Origin: Monocercomonoides exilis PA203
Taxonomy: Eukaryota; Protista; Preaxostyla
NCBI GenBank assembly: GCA_001643675.2
Contig: LSRY02000004.1
Location: 992,001-1,056,000, forward strand
Direction of reading: 5' to 3'
DNA: 64,000 bases
A program made the position numbers and the translations under genes. The number at the start of each line of letters is the position of its first letter. Position 1 is the first letter of the stretch. This document shows, piece by piece, positions 27,401 through 40,130 of this stretch. The notes beneath the pieces were generated by a model that saw only the letters and a list, made by a program, of their open reading frames with translations, ran no database searches and was not told the DNA's origin.

Positions 27401-29049
27401 AAATGAGCAGCTTAGCAATGCAAAAATAAAACATGTGTGCATTGTTTAAATTGCGTATGATGTGAACACCAAGCGAAAAACAGAAAAAAAGAATTTTGTG
27501 CATACAACAACGAACCTCAAATGGCATTGAACGAAAAAGAATATGAAAAAAAAGAAATTAACGATTTGAATGAAAAAAAAGGAAAATCGAGAAACTATGT
27601 TTGAAATTCCTTTGTATGAAGTTAAGATTTTTTGAAAAAAACATACTAAGATATCCCTCTCCATCCCCAACATAGCATTTTTAATTAGTCTCTTTGTTTT
27701 GCCTCCACTCTTCTCTTCATTCTTCTCGTTCTTCCACTCGATGATCTCCGTAACCCTCAATGTTCATCATTTGTTTTCTTTCCCTCTTTTTTCCAAAAGC
27801 CAACTTTCCCCGTCTCAACTTGAACGCGCTGTCAACTTCAGCATCTGCTCCATATAAAATGAGCATTTCCATTAGATCGTCTTCTTATATCACTTGAATT
27901 GAAAAATCTCATCCCTGCTTTAATTTCACTTCTTCCTTTCCTCTCGTCTTTCTCTTTCTTAACTTCTATTTGCATTTTTTGCTGTTGCTGCTCGGAAAAT
28001 CACAACCTTACAACCATCATCTTCAAAATGAACATATCTGCGATACAAATAATATAGTTGAACGTCGAAATATCTCTCATAAATATAAAACAATCTATAT
28101 AATTTGTACATCGAAAAATCTTCACTTTTTCATGCCAATTCATTTCTTTCTTTCATCTTTTCCTTTTTCATCCAACGCTTCAGAAAACCTTGTTCGATAA
28201 TGAAGTTCTAATGTACTTTGACGATTGTGTTTAATTCTCCTCGCCTTCTCATCCCTTCTGTAAGCCCAAGCTCCACTGCATATCCCAACCTCAGTCAAAC
28301 AGCTTTTCAACCTTTCATCAAGTGTGAAAGTTTCTTCAAAGTTTTCCTCCTTCAAGTCATTTCTTCTTCTTTGTCTTCGCCTCTCATTCTTTTGTCCTTT
28401 CTGATCAATCCATTTCTCTCATCAAACTCCAATGAATTAATATCATTCAGCTTCTTCATATTCTCTCCATAAATGTATTTTCGGTGCACGCTCTCTTCTT
28501 TCTCTAAAAACTTTTCTTTCTCGAAGCTTGCGTTTTATAAAATTTTCAGACGCATCTGAGATTCATCATTGTAAAAAGGCAAGATAGAAAATATTCCAAC
28601 AATTATCTTATTAATATCAATAACAATAATATTTATATATACCTACATTTTTAAATATTGTTGCATCTGTTACTGCATCGTTTGTAACATCTGCAATTAT
28701 GTGTCCATTTGTGTTTAGTCAAAACATTGAATTAGAAATGAATAACAACAAATATTATAATATAGGTGGAAATTCAATCATCCCAACAATAATAGCATTG
28801 ATTGCGATTAATTTATCGAATTACAAAGTTTCCTCGAATTTTGTGAAGCAAGAAATTGATATTTTAATAAAATGTGATCAAAATTAAAAAATTATGGGTG
28901 TCAAAATTTTATATTTTTGAAAGTAAAATTTTGAACGAATTACGAATTTTCCATCCTTGAATCGCTTAGTTAAATTATGTTGAATAACGCATTAATATTC
29001 AAATTCTGAAAAAATACAAACTGAAAGTGGTACAATTTACACCTATTCT
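24498..29049. mobile_element. Non-autonomous pack-type element with ~200-bp TIRs and 8-bp TSD (Merlin- or MULE-like)
   Basis: Near-perfect inverted repeat 24498-~24700 / ~28846-29049. TSD cagaaatc at 24490-97 and 29050-57. Removing it restores the pogo frame KQSRNQLRKLL. Confidence 0.85.
25483..26990 (+). pseudogene. Fragment of a Cys-rich, GGG-repeat (adhesin/beta-helix-like) host surface protein carried as cargo
   Basis: Frameshifted ORFs with GGGAFV, DGGGLFL, GGGGMYC, CGLDESSACRTI motifs. Confidence 0.65.
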
Positions 29050-29443
29050 CAGAAATCAATTAAGGAAATTGCTGAGCAACATTAATGAGCCAAATGAGAA
29101 GAGTTTGAATTATGTGAAAACATTAAACAAGTATGAATTGAGAGAAAGAAAAGTTATGAAAAAGCGACTTTTAATTTCGTACGATGATGATGCAAACTTT
29201 GCGAAGAATTTTAGTAATATTTTGATTTTTATTGTTCTTTCCAATTCAATTAACTTCTTGAAAAAGTGTGTGTGTTTTGTCTTTTTCGTGAATAGATAAA
29301 AAGATTGTTATTAATTTGGATGTTTTGATTTTAATTCAAAAAAGATAATTAAAATTCACTTTAAACTTAAAGAAAATTCGTGTGAATAATTAAAGAAGAA
29401 TATTCCCTAGTTTTAGAAAAAGTACCGGGTTTTAGAACGATGG

Positions 29444-30150
29444 AACACGAAATGTTAATGAAATATTAAACGATCTCTCATTGAAACTGTATTCAAAAAA
29501 CATCTGATGAAATAGATAATATTGTAAAATTAGATAACGACAATGACAATATCAGTGACGAATTAGCTAATGTTTTAGTCAATAGATTGGAGTGTTTTGT
29601 CATACATAACAATGCGGGAAATATGCCAATCAACAGAGAAGTCACGTTTTTCACACTGTTTCAGGCAATTAATTAATTACCGAATGAGTATATAGAATTA
29701 GCTTACGACAGAGTACAAAACAGTGACAATTTAACTGCTAACGCACGTAATAACTATTATGTGGCAAAACAACGATACAGATGTTTGAGAACATTGCCAT
29801 TTGTATTAGTTAAGATGTACAAAATATGGAATAATGACTTTTTCACAAACGAGATATTACCGTAACTGAGAAACGACAGCAATATCGTTAAACCATTAGA
29901 TATGTCTGATTCGTTTTCCATGACAGACATTCGAAGAAAAGCTGAGACAAAACAATATAAAAACACCGATGATGTTATAAGTGAATTGTCAAGAGTTATC
30001 AGATTTATTGAAACAGGTGCGATGTATATACAAAAAAATTTCTATATATTCGATAAAAGTTGGTGTATAACGTTTGTTACAGACACAATTATGACACTTT
30101 ATTAAAAGATGACAAAACTGTGGAAAACTGAACATAAAACAACAACAGCA
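29444..30150 (+). pseudogene. Continuation of the disrupted primase-helicase gene (central region)
   Basis: IHNNAG, LTANA, FVLVKMYKIWN and DSFSMTDIRRKA..QY align with IHNDTG, LTANA, FVLQKIVKRWN and SSFSFSEIRDKA..QY of ORF 43785. Several stops. Confidence 0.8.
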
Positions 30151-30929
30151 TATGACATTCAACTGTCTTGTTTGTCGAAACAAACCTTGCATGGTGCTAT
30201 GTTTAACGCAAAAGATACAGCTAATGTGGTTCTTTATTTTTGATATCATAAAAAAAGATTAATAATCGGAAAAAAAAAACAAAATTATGGGCTGTTGTGA
30301 TCAATCAGTTTTTTGATAAGGATAAATTGTTTTTCGAAAATATACAAAAATATCAACAAAATATCCTTTTTGCATTAATTTAAAGAAAGATATTTTTTAC
30401 CTGAACATTTTTGAATGATTCATTTTTTAAAAAAAAAACAATAAAATATTTTTTTAAAATAAGAATGGTTTTCAAATTTTTTTATCATTAAATGTTTTTC
30501 AAAAGATGTTTATTAATGAACAAAATATGACATTATTTATTTATTGATTTATTTTTTCTTCGTTCAGAGATATATATTTTTTAAGTTAAAAAATGTTTTT
30601 CAATTCAAAATCAATTTTTCTTTCATATTAGATTTCTTTGGAGGAAATATTTTTTTGAAAATAACTTATAACCTTTTATTGTTGTTAACCAACGAATAAA
30701 TAAATAATAAACAATTATTCACAGAGTTGAATTTATTTTTAATTTTGAATTATCATTTATTCAAAATAAGAGTCTTTAAATAAATATTCTAACAATGGTT
30801 TATTATCATTATTTAAAAAAAAAAGAAAGAAAATTAATTGAAAATAAAAATTTGTTTTTTTGCAATTAAGAAAATTCTCAAAAATAAATATCAAAAACAA
30901 AAATAATAAGAATTATGATTTTTCAACTT

Positions 30930-32406
30930 TTTCGATAAAACAAATGGAAGGATACCAATTTTTTGAAAAAAGGTGATTCCAATAATCATTCCGTTTTTCA
31001 GGAATAATTTCTGAAACAACATGATCATTACACTCAATAAACTTTTAAATTGAACTTGGTTTCGAAACATCTTCTTTCACAATGGCCAAAAAATGCCCTT
31101 GCTTATAAAAAACACTTGAATGAATAATACATCCAACAAATTCATAAACAACAACATCATCCACAGAACCAGAAGTTAATAATGAATCTTCAGAAAAAGC
31201 CTTTGGATCAAATATTCCTAAATCCTCAGGCCGTAACCCTGAATCAACAAAATGAATAGAAAGAGGAGGAGCAATTGCAGTGAAAAAATCATCAACGTTG
31301 AACAAAAAACTTAACACTTTTGGAAAATTCAAAAAACGAACATATTTCAAAAATTGTCTATCTCTGTGACATGTTACACACTCTCCTTCTCTCTTTTCAA
31401 CTAAAACAGAACTGCAAGTCAATAGATTTTGAAGACCAGAAACAACATCTGATCCCCTAATTGTCACAAAAAACTGATCATTCCTTTTTGAAAAAGAGTA
31501 ATCATTACAATGAACACGCATTAAAACATTTTATTAAATGATAGCAAACATATCATTTATTTCATTACAGTTTTTTGAAAGAACTTTGAGAAGTCTTTTA
31601 AAAACAACAAATAGTTCTTTTGGCTGATTCTTCCCTCCAAGATAAGTGTCGTAAAATTTATTTATTTGTCCTCCATCCCACACATTAAAATTAAACGAAG
31701 AGATTCGAAGAAGATGAAACAGCTGCTTGAATGTTTTTTGCATGCTGTTCATTGAAGAAATTTCTTCTAATTCAAGATTCAGAGAAGCCATGCATTGACA
31801 AATGGCAGAAAGAGAGCACACACTGCCATTGCTTTTCAAGCCTCTTTGAGAAGAAAGAAGAATTGAAACGCACGATTTTGAATTTACTTTTGCAGATAAT
31901 GAAGAAAAAGATGATAATGAAGAATATTGCTTTTTTGTTTGTTTTGTAATTTTGGAAGAAAAAGTCGAATGTTTTTTGCATTCCTTTGCTTCTTTTTTAT
32001 TTATGTGAAATGAAGAAGTAGCTTCAAAAGAAATACGAAAATCATTGATATGATGTGAAAATGAAAAAGAATCATTTTCTTCACTTTCTTTGATAATGTT
32101 TGTCGTAATTTGAGCAGAAGGTTGTTGCTGTTGCTGTTGCTGTTGAGTCTGGAAATTCTGCATTGATGTGATAGTTGAAGGAGTAAAAGAAGAAGAAGAA
32201 GAAGAAGAAATAGAAGAAGAAGAAATTGAAAAATCAGATTGATTGGATGATGCAACCTGTGTTTTTTGAGCAGTCTCAGAGTGATTTGCCAAAGATGTCT
32301 GTGTTTCAGTTGGAAATGAATTCGTCGTTGAAGTCTGAGACGAACTAGGCAATGGGAATGAAGCATATGAAGCACTTGCATTGGAAAGCGAAGGTTGCAA
32401 TTGCAA
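30930..32406 (-). pseudogene. Degenerate ubiquitin-specific protease (peptidase C19)-like domain
   Basis: Cys box RGLKSNGSVCSLSAICQCM, then CVTC, FPKVL, His box YEFVGCIIH..GHFLAIVK and a downstream ECND. Tandem in-frame TAA TAA at 31531-31536. Confidence 0.65.
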
Positions 32407-33708
32407 TACATCTGAAGGAGCAGATGCAGAAGATGGAGAATATGTTGAAGATGTTGAAGACGCAAAAGAAAACGAAGACGAAAAAGAAGAAGAAGAGGAA
32501 GAAGAGGAAGAAAAATTAGAGGAAGAAGGAGAAGCCTACTGTGCATGCACAGCATTCTGCCCAAAGGCAATCCTTTTCGGCGCATTCAGATGCTTGAAGA
32601 GAGAGGGAGACAGAAACGAGTGAGACTCCGGTTTCGCGTGGCCTTGCGGCACAGGCAGTAGCGAGGCAGAGGGAGGCTTCACGAGCGAAGAGCACACTGG
32701 CGGCGGAGGGGTCGGCGTGGACTGCTTGGGCAACGGGGTCTTCGGGCCGTTGGGAATTACACGAAAGCACAGGCTAGCCAGAACCTTCGGAGGCTTCGGG
32801 GCTGCATCTGCTGGAGGAGGAGGAGGCGGAACATCATCGTCATCATCATCATCGACATCGTCGTTATCATTCTCATTCTCGTTCTTGTTGGAAAAAGGCA
32901 GAGATTCGTCGAATTCTTCGTCTGTTGGTGGAGGCTGAGGCACAAAACTGAATGGCCTGCTTTCATTCTCTGGAAATATTGTGCTTTCTGCTAAATTCGC
33001 CATCGAAGGCGAATGAACTGTTGTTGTTGTGAAGTTTGAACCATCTGCTACCTTGACATTTACATAAACTGGCTGACTAACAACAATCGGTGGACTCTGC
33101 TGAATAACATCAGACGCAGCACGAGGGGCGTTCTGAATGGACGATTTAGAAACAAGATGTTCTTTCAAGGGAAAATATTGCTTTAGAGGCTTGGGCTGAG
33201 TCTGAGTCTGAGGATGAAATTGAGGTTGAAATTGGGGTTGTGATTGAAAAACAGAAATATTCAAATGTCGGAATTGGAGAGGAAGCAACTCAGGGCGTAT
33301 TGTCTTTGGCGAATTGCTCATCGCGTTTGACTGATATAAAGAAGCTGAAGTTGAAGTATTCTGAAAATCAACGAGTGGCTGGCTCGAATCCAATCTGTCG
33401 ACTCCTGAGAATGTCACAAATGATCTTTGTGTGAGAGAACTCAGCTTCGGATGCTCTGTAATCTCAATCACCGGCTGCATTGCTCCAAGCCTGGTTGTTT
33501 TCGATTTGTGAAGCGCTTCTTTTCCTAAATCGCTCTCTTTTTCGCTGTTCCAAATGGTTTTTGGGGTGTCTTACGCTGAGGTGTTGGCTCAAACGAATTT
33601 AGTGTGTGGATTGAATAATCAATCGGATTATTTTGTGTCATTTGTGAAGATGAAACAGATTGTTGAGACGGAGCTACCAGAAGCGGAGGAGGTGATGACG
33701 ATAACGGT

Positions 33709-33909
33709 GAAAAAGAAGAAAAAGAAGAAAAAGAAAAAGAAAAAGAAAAAGAAAAAGAAAAAGAAAAAGAAAAAGAAAAAGAAAAAGAAGAAGAAGAAGA
33801 AGAAGAAGAAGAAGAAGAAGAAGAAGAAGAAGAAGAAGAAGAAGAAGAAGAAGAAGAAGAAGAAGAAGAAGAAGAAGAAGAAGAAGAAGAATAAGAAGAA
33901 GAAGAAGAA

Positions 33910-33940
<31 letters not shown>

Positions 33941-33957
33941 AAGAAGAAGAAGAAGAA

Positions 33958-33988
<31 letters not shown>

Positions 33989-34005
33989 ATGATGATGATG
34001 ATGAA
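33709..34005. repeat. (GAAAAA)n/(GAA)n microsatellite encoding poly-Ser on the minus strand
   Basis: Directly visible. Confidence 0.95.
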
Positions 34006-34499
34006 AATGATAATATTTCAAACATGTCATTAATCGCTTCATCCTCTGTTTCATAAAAGCCAAATTCATTATCTGATTCCTCACTTAATTCATCCATTTC
34101 ACTTGAAGATGAATGAATTTGTGTATCACATTTTGATTCAAATAAATTTTCATTGATGGTTCAAATAATTTGTGATATATCTCCCAGTTTTTGATTGTGA
34201 TCATTTTCACAATCCTCTTCGGCTTTTTTAATTAAATGTTAAGCCACATCCTAACAATTTTCAACATCGTTTGACGGTTCGTCGTCAAGGTTCCTGAAAG
34301 CTTGTGCTTGCTGTTCGCTGTCCAATGGAGTATACATGCTTGTTGTTGCATCAAAACCAGAGTAACGAATGCCCGAGCCCTTGCCTGAAGATGAAATCAA
34401 AGAAGATAAAGGATTTGCAGAAAGCGAATTATCGGATAAATTCATATTCTTTCTTCGTCCTTCATTCAAATGAGGTTGAGTTTCTGGATCAAAAATGAA

Positions 34500-35990
34500 T
34501 TTATCATATTAATAAAAATATTTGAAATAATAAAAAGAAATCTGTTGTGAACGGTTATTCTGCATTCCTGTTCGTGTTAAGGCAAATGATAGAGCTATTA
34601 TTTCTTTTTTTGTTCCAATAAGAAAATAATTATGCAATTGTATTAAAAAGATTGAAATTATATTGAGCCAAATACCGTGATGAAAAATGGGATTTTCTGA
34701 TAAACAAATAAAAAAACCAATTGTAGTGAAAATAAAGGAAATGCATGACACAGCTTAGAGTGATTGCTCTCAAACCAAAGATGCAAGCGAAAAAATGGAT
34801 TAATAATTATTTCTAAGAAAATGATGCTCAATATATCTTTGTTACTTATAAATTTTTCGTTTCTGATAACTTCGTTGTTTTTCCTTATAAATGAACAAAT
34901 ATAAAACAAGCTAAACAATCTCGTTGGTAAAAATACAGGAATGGTTTTTCCTAATAGTTGTTTTATTCTTCTGGTATGGGCTAAATATGAAAATTCTAGA
35001 AATTTGATTTGAAGATTTGAAAGAAATGGAAATTTTCTAAAAGAAGAGGAGATAACTAAATTTGGAAGATGATTTCATCAGAAAATGCAAATAGGGGCAA
35101 TCAATGAGCACGATTAACGAGTAACGCTGTCTTTCAAACATTGGACAGAAATGTTTTCAACAGCTTTTTTTTTTGAGCAGAAAAACAATCACAGCAGAAA
35201 CTTCTCATAATTGATTTGTGGGTTGATATTTTTTTAAACAAGGCTCAAAATAAATTGTTCGTATTCATGCGCAGTTGAACATGAAGGATATAAACCCCAG
35301 AAAAATGGAGATGATCGAAGTGATAGTGTTGCAACAGTCACAACCGTATACTGTTTGTTTGCTGCAGTAGCTCCATCCAACAAAATACAAAGTCCGTTGT
35401 TTGTAATTCTTGTCTGCTTTTCCAGTTGCATTTGACTTTTTTGTTTCTGTACCATAAAACAGACTCTTCGCCTTGATAATTTTGGGAATATCGACGACAC
35501 CGGAACAGATGGATTTTTTTGACTAATCTGAATTAATGAAGATATGAAATCATTTGTTTCTTTTGACGATGCCGAAAGAAAAGAAATGTTTGATTTGCAA
35601 ATCATTTTCACATACAATTGTTCCAATTCAGATAGTTGATCCGATGAACCTGTGAAGCACTCAAAACTCAATTTTATTTGTTTTGCTCTCTGCAGTTTTT
35701 CCATCATTGTTGATATTTGATTTGTGTTAAGTATTAAGCAACGATGATTAGCAATTGTTGAATAATTTTTGCGACCTGAAACCCCACATGGAAATCCATC
35801 CCTGCTGTTTGGACATAAGCAACACTTATGCCAGTCTTTCCTGGGTTCACAGTTCTTGTCCATTTTGTTATAAGATATCCATAAGTTATCTTCCACGATT
35901 TCAAACGAAATTTTTTTCCATGAATTTGTCTGATTTCTAAAATTGTATGTAAAATTTTGCAATAAAAACTGAAAAAGTTTTTAAAAACGG
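34500..35990 (-). pseudogene. Degraded hAT-like transposase, paralog of 12885-15836
   Basis: LCPNSRDGFPCGVSGRK..ANHRC, FISSLIQISQKNPS and CILLDG, then fragments ICSFIRK, PFFRLHLWFE and LSFALTRTG that align with the first hAT. Confidence 0.8.
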
Positions 35991-36190
35991 AAATTGAAAT
36001 GTCTGTGAAAATGTATTCAACAATCATCTCACACCACAGGACGAAAATTTGAGTTACGAAGTAATTCCATTTTTATTATTTGACAGTTTGCTTTTTGAAA
36101 CTCTTGTATTTTTGCTTTATAAGCATTAGCCTTGAAAATACATTTATTATAAAACAAAAAATAATTTCGAAAACGCTTACAATAAATATA

Positions 36191-36432
36191 TGTCAAAATT
36201 TTTTTGAAAAGTTCCATTTGTTTAATTTTCAAATAAAATAAAATTTTAATATTTTGATCATATTTCCGTTCCCGCTCACCAAATTTCGCTGTCATGAAAA
36301 CAATATCTTGACATTGTTTTTATTTCCATTTGAGTGAAGTCCCGTGAGTGAGAACTGATATTTAATCGAAATATGAAATTTTTATTTTATTTTAAAATTT
36401 AACAAAATGAACTTTTCAAAAAAATTCTGACA
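36191..36432. mobile_element. ~242-bp fold-back MITE (family B)
   Basis: Long imperfect palindrome tgtcaaaatttttttgaaaagttcc...gaacttttcaaaaaaattctgaca. Other copies at 51805, 60484 and 61685. Confidence 0.75.
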
Positions 36433-37739
36433 TATATATATTTAAATGATTCAAGTCAGAATTTCTTTGAAACTCAGAAATGAGATTTTTCAATGAACGC
36501 AAAGTTAAATTGAAACAAAAAAAATATTTTTTTTTTGATTCAACCTTTTCAGATTGTTTTTCCAATAGCTCAAAAAAATATTTCTTTCAAACAATTCCTT
36601 AATCAAGAGAAGTTTTCACACTTATATCTTTTTTGAAAAAATCAAAAATGCAGCGAAACTTCGAAAATCTTAAAAGAAATATAAATAAAGTGATATATAT
36701 GTTTTTTATTATCACATTCAAACTTTCAAACAAAAGGAAAAAAAGTTTCACGAGATACAAAACATATTTATAGGAATTATATTTTCAATTGCAAACAATG
36801 ATTTTTTTCTGTAATTTATTTTTCATATAATCACAAAGAAAAAATTAAATATGAATTTATGCGCCTTGCATCGGCACACAATTCAGAAGCTAATGTTCAT
36901 ACGAAAGTCACAATACTCAAGACTGTATGTCTTGAATATTCATTTCATCAGCTGCAAGATTTTTGATTCCGCTGCACGCAAGGAAATTACAATTATTCCA
37001 AGCAAAGCAACTCTTCAACGTCTTTTGAAATATCTCATACACAAAATCCAAAAATGCCTCCTTCGAAAAGAAGTTTGCTTTTCGTATTTTTTTTTTTTTT
37101 TTTATTTTAACTTTTTTTAAAAATGAATAAGAACTTAGCAACGAAGAAGAAAAGAGATTTTCAGAATTTATTTCTGCTAATTCGACAGAATCATCTGAAT
37201 GATCACGAAGAATCATTTCTTCCAAAAATAGTTTGCAGTATTATGAAATTTTGATTAAAAGAATATTAAAATTTTGAAAAAATATTTTTTTTTTCATAGA
37301 GGTGAATTTTGCAAATGTCAATGATTTTGCGATCTTGAATGGGGAAGAAAACATGGAAATAGAGATTGATCCATTGGAAGATTATTTTCAAGAAAATTGC
37401 GATTTTGAAGAGAACATTATTATCTCTGGAACACACATCGATACACATCCAATGGTTAGCAATGTCTTTTCAGATATTAAAGAAATTTCAAGGACAAATA
37501 TTTATCTTCGAGAAGGAGATACTAATATTTCTTTGAACCATTATCAAAGTTCTCCTATTGAGAACAATTGTGGGAATAAGGAAAATGAAAAGATTTTAAA
37601 AAATCTTGATCCTTGCATACAAATGCATGCAGAAGACGACATAATCAAAAGCAATTCTTCTGAATTGATGATGGACGTTACAAACATATCGATCAGAATA
37701 TGGTTATCGATAAGGAACTTGTCATTCGTGTTAATCAAA

Positions 37740-38600
37740 ACGTAGATGAAAGAATAATTTTTTTCTGCTTGCCAAATTTTGGAAACAGCTGTTATCTGGC
37801 TTCCCATATTTCCATTTTTAGAGTAATTTTTGTTAAATGTTTAGATTTGCCTATTTAAAATGGAACGTTCACTTCTTTTTTTCTAATCTTTCACATCTCG
37901 TTTCTAAAGAAATAACTATCAAAACAAAGAATTCACAATTGAAACAAAGATGGTCACCATTTTTTCTTCGACAATTTGAAAAAAGGCATAAACTGAGACA
38001 AGGATTGCAGCAAGAATTCTATGAAACTTTATTGGATTTGTTCAATGATTTATCGATAATCATTCCGAACTGTGCGTATCAATTGAACACAAGTTTGTCA
38101 TTTCCAAGACATTGTTCAAAATATCATTGCTCTGTGAATGGTCCATTCGAGTCGACACCAATTCTTCGACCAGTTAGATCCAGTTGCACCGAAGCATTTA
38201 ATGCTTCATTCAAAATGAGAACCAGCAACAAGAATAACAGATATGCTTTTTGTGAGCATTGTCAGTCACAAACTTTTCTTTTTTGAGCATTTGAAAATGG
38301 AGCAATTTCCTCAAATTCTATCAGTGTTTTTCGAACCATAAAAAAATGAAAGAGATATCAATTAAAAAATAAACGAGACATTACCATTTTAAAGTGATAG
38401 CCATTCCACTTCTGTTGATAGCGATTTATAGAGAGGCTCAATTAACTACATACTGACAGAACTGCTTTTCCATCAAAAAGACATTCAACATGGTCATTTT
38501 TACTCAATTGTCCAAAGAAAGAAGTGTTCAAATTTTCCAAAGCAAAATTCTTATGTGTGGTGTATGTGTAATGATGATGTTATAACGACTGTTCGTGATA
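37740..38600 (+). pseudogene. USP (C19)-like domain upstream of a Sola2 transposase
   Basis: LPNFGNSCYLAS (37769), GLQQEFYE, CEHC, HGHFYSIV (~38490) and WCMCNDDVI (~38560), spread across frameshifts. Confidence 0.7.
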
Positions 38601-39209
38601 GCATAACAACAGTGATGAAAGTGCAAATAAATATGAGATCTCATTTTATCCTTTCTGTGAACAAAAAAACAGACAGCAATGTTGACTAAATTGTGACAGA
38701 CATTTTTTCGCCTAATTTGCTTTCTGTCATTTTTCGAACGATTCTTATCATTCAATCAACTATCAAAACTCTCACTCATTTCATGATGATGTTGCTTATC
38801 AAGAAAGCAATGAAGAGGAAAGGCAAAATAGAGTTCAATCACTTCATCCACATAATTCAATATCAAAAAACTTCACTTCACCAACAGATATATCACTAGT
38901 GAATCATCTTTGATAACTCAACCACTTCATTATCCTCAGGTTTCAACAGCGTCCTTCTCTTCATCATCACAATCAAAATCAAACAACACTTCAGATGAAA
39001 ATTGCGACAATTTTGCGAACATTTAATTTCATAATAAGCATATTCATCATTCTCCAACATATCGGAAAGACGCAAATGCTCCCAAAAATGCTTCGTTCAA
39101 CAATTTTGAATCAATTCATAGAAACAATTATTCTCCAAACAACATTTTCAAACATGTTCCAAATGTTTCAATCGATTCTTCAAAACAGTCATTTTCGACA
39201 AGAAATCCA

Positions 39210-40130
39210 GTGAACAACACCGATGTCAGAGAATTTGGAGTAACTCTCTTTAATTCACATGAACAAGAAAAATTCCAACACTCAAAGCAACCTGTTCGAA
39301 TTATTAACATTCCAAAATCAGAATTGCATGAAAAGTTTGTTAGTAAAACAAAGATAAAGTTGTCAAAAAGTCAATTCTACAAAAGTTCCCGATGCATAAA
39401 AAGGGCAACGAGGAGAACGGACGTCTGTGTTTTGTTTGAGGTGTACTCTTCACTAAAGAATAAGGAGAAGCTTTTATTCCAACGATCTGAACAACTTAAC
39501 AATGAAGAGAAAGCAACGAAAAGACTGATTGAAAAACACAGAATATTGGCCAACAACCAACAACAATACTTTCGACATTCGAAAAATAACTTTAAGTCGG
39601 ATGAGGTGTTATTTCTATTTGACTGCAAAGAAAACTGGTCCTTGCCAATGAGAAGGAACCAAACAAGTGGAGATTTCTTCAACAAAGTTGAAGTGTCTCA
39701 ATTCTGTGTTATCGATTACTTTAAAAATGAAAACGAAAACAAAGTGAAACACATTTTCAACTTTTTTTCTAACGTTTTGTCCCATGACTACAAGTTCACA
39801 ATAGAATGTCTACAACAATTTTTATCAAATCCGATTCTCGAAAAAAAGAAAGTATTTCGATTCATGTGTGATACAGGATCACATTTCCGAAACTCTCAAC
39901 TGATGTACTTTCTTCTTTTAAACAATTCTTTGTTTGCAAAGGATAAAACAAAATCTTTGTCATTTTTCTGTGAAAAGCACAGAATATTTGAGTGTTACTG
40001 AGAGTTTGAAAATCTGTCAAGGTGCATCAATAATAAACTGGACAATAACTGTGCTTTTATCGAAATAGACGATATTGTTGTATTTTTTGAACGAAATTCA
40101 AACAACACTCTATTCTTCAAAGAAAAGGAT
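39210..40130 (+). pseudogene. Sola2-like DDD transposase, degraded
   Basis: RRTDVC, FLFDCKENW, FSNVLSHD, FMCDTGSHFRN and FFCEKH motifs. Paralog of 56369-57301. Confidence 0.75.

Larger units (their letters stand above)
22643..29443 (+). mobile_element. pogo/Tc1-mariner-superfamily transposon (6.8 kb including a nested insert)
   Basis: TIR of ~35 bp: ccatcgttcttaaacccggttctttttcta / tagaaaaagtaccgggttttagaacgatgg. 2-bp duplication aa. Removing it restores the primase frame DSAITRNVNEIL. Confidence 0.85.
20827..30180 (+). mobile_element. Disrupted second copy of the primase-helicase long-TIR element (left TIR plus 5' part of gene; right end missing)
   Basis: Starts agagagacatagtatatcagctatggatccatct. 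21121-~22100 is nearly identical to 42699-~43680. Primase-homologous sequence lies at 22115-22642 and resumes at 29444-~30150. Confidence 0.8.

Noticed and set aside
33554-34084. Poly-Lys and poly-Leu ORFs
   Set aside because: Alternative frames of a GAA microsatellite.
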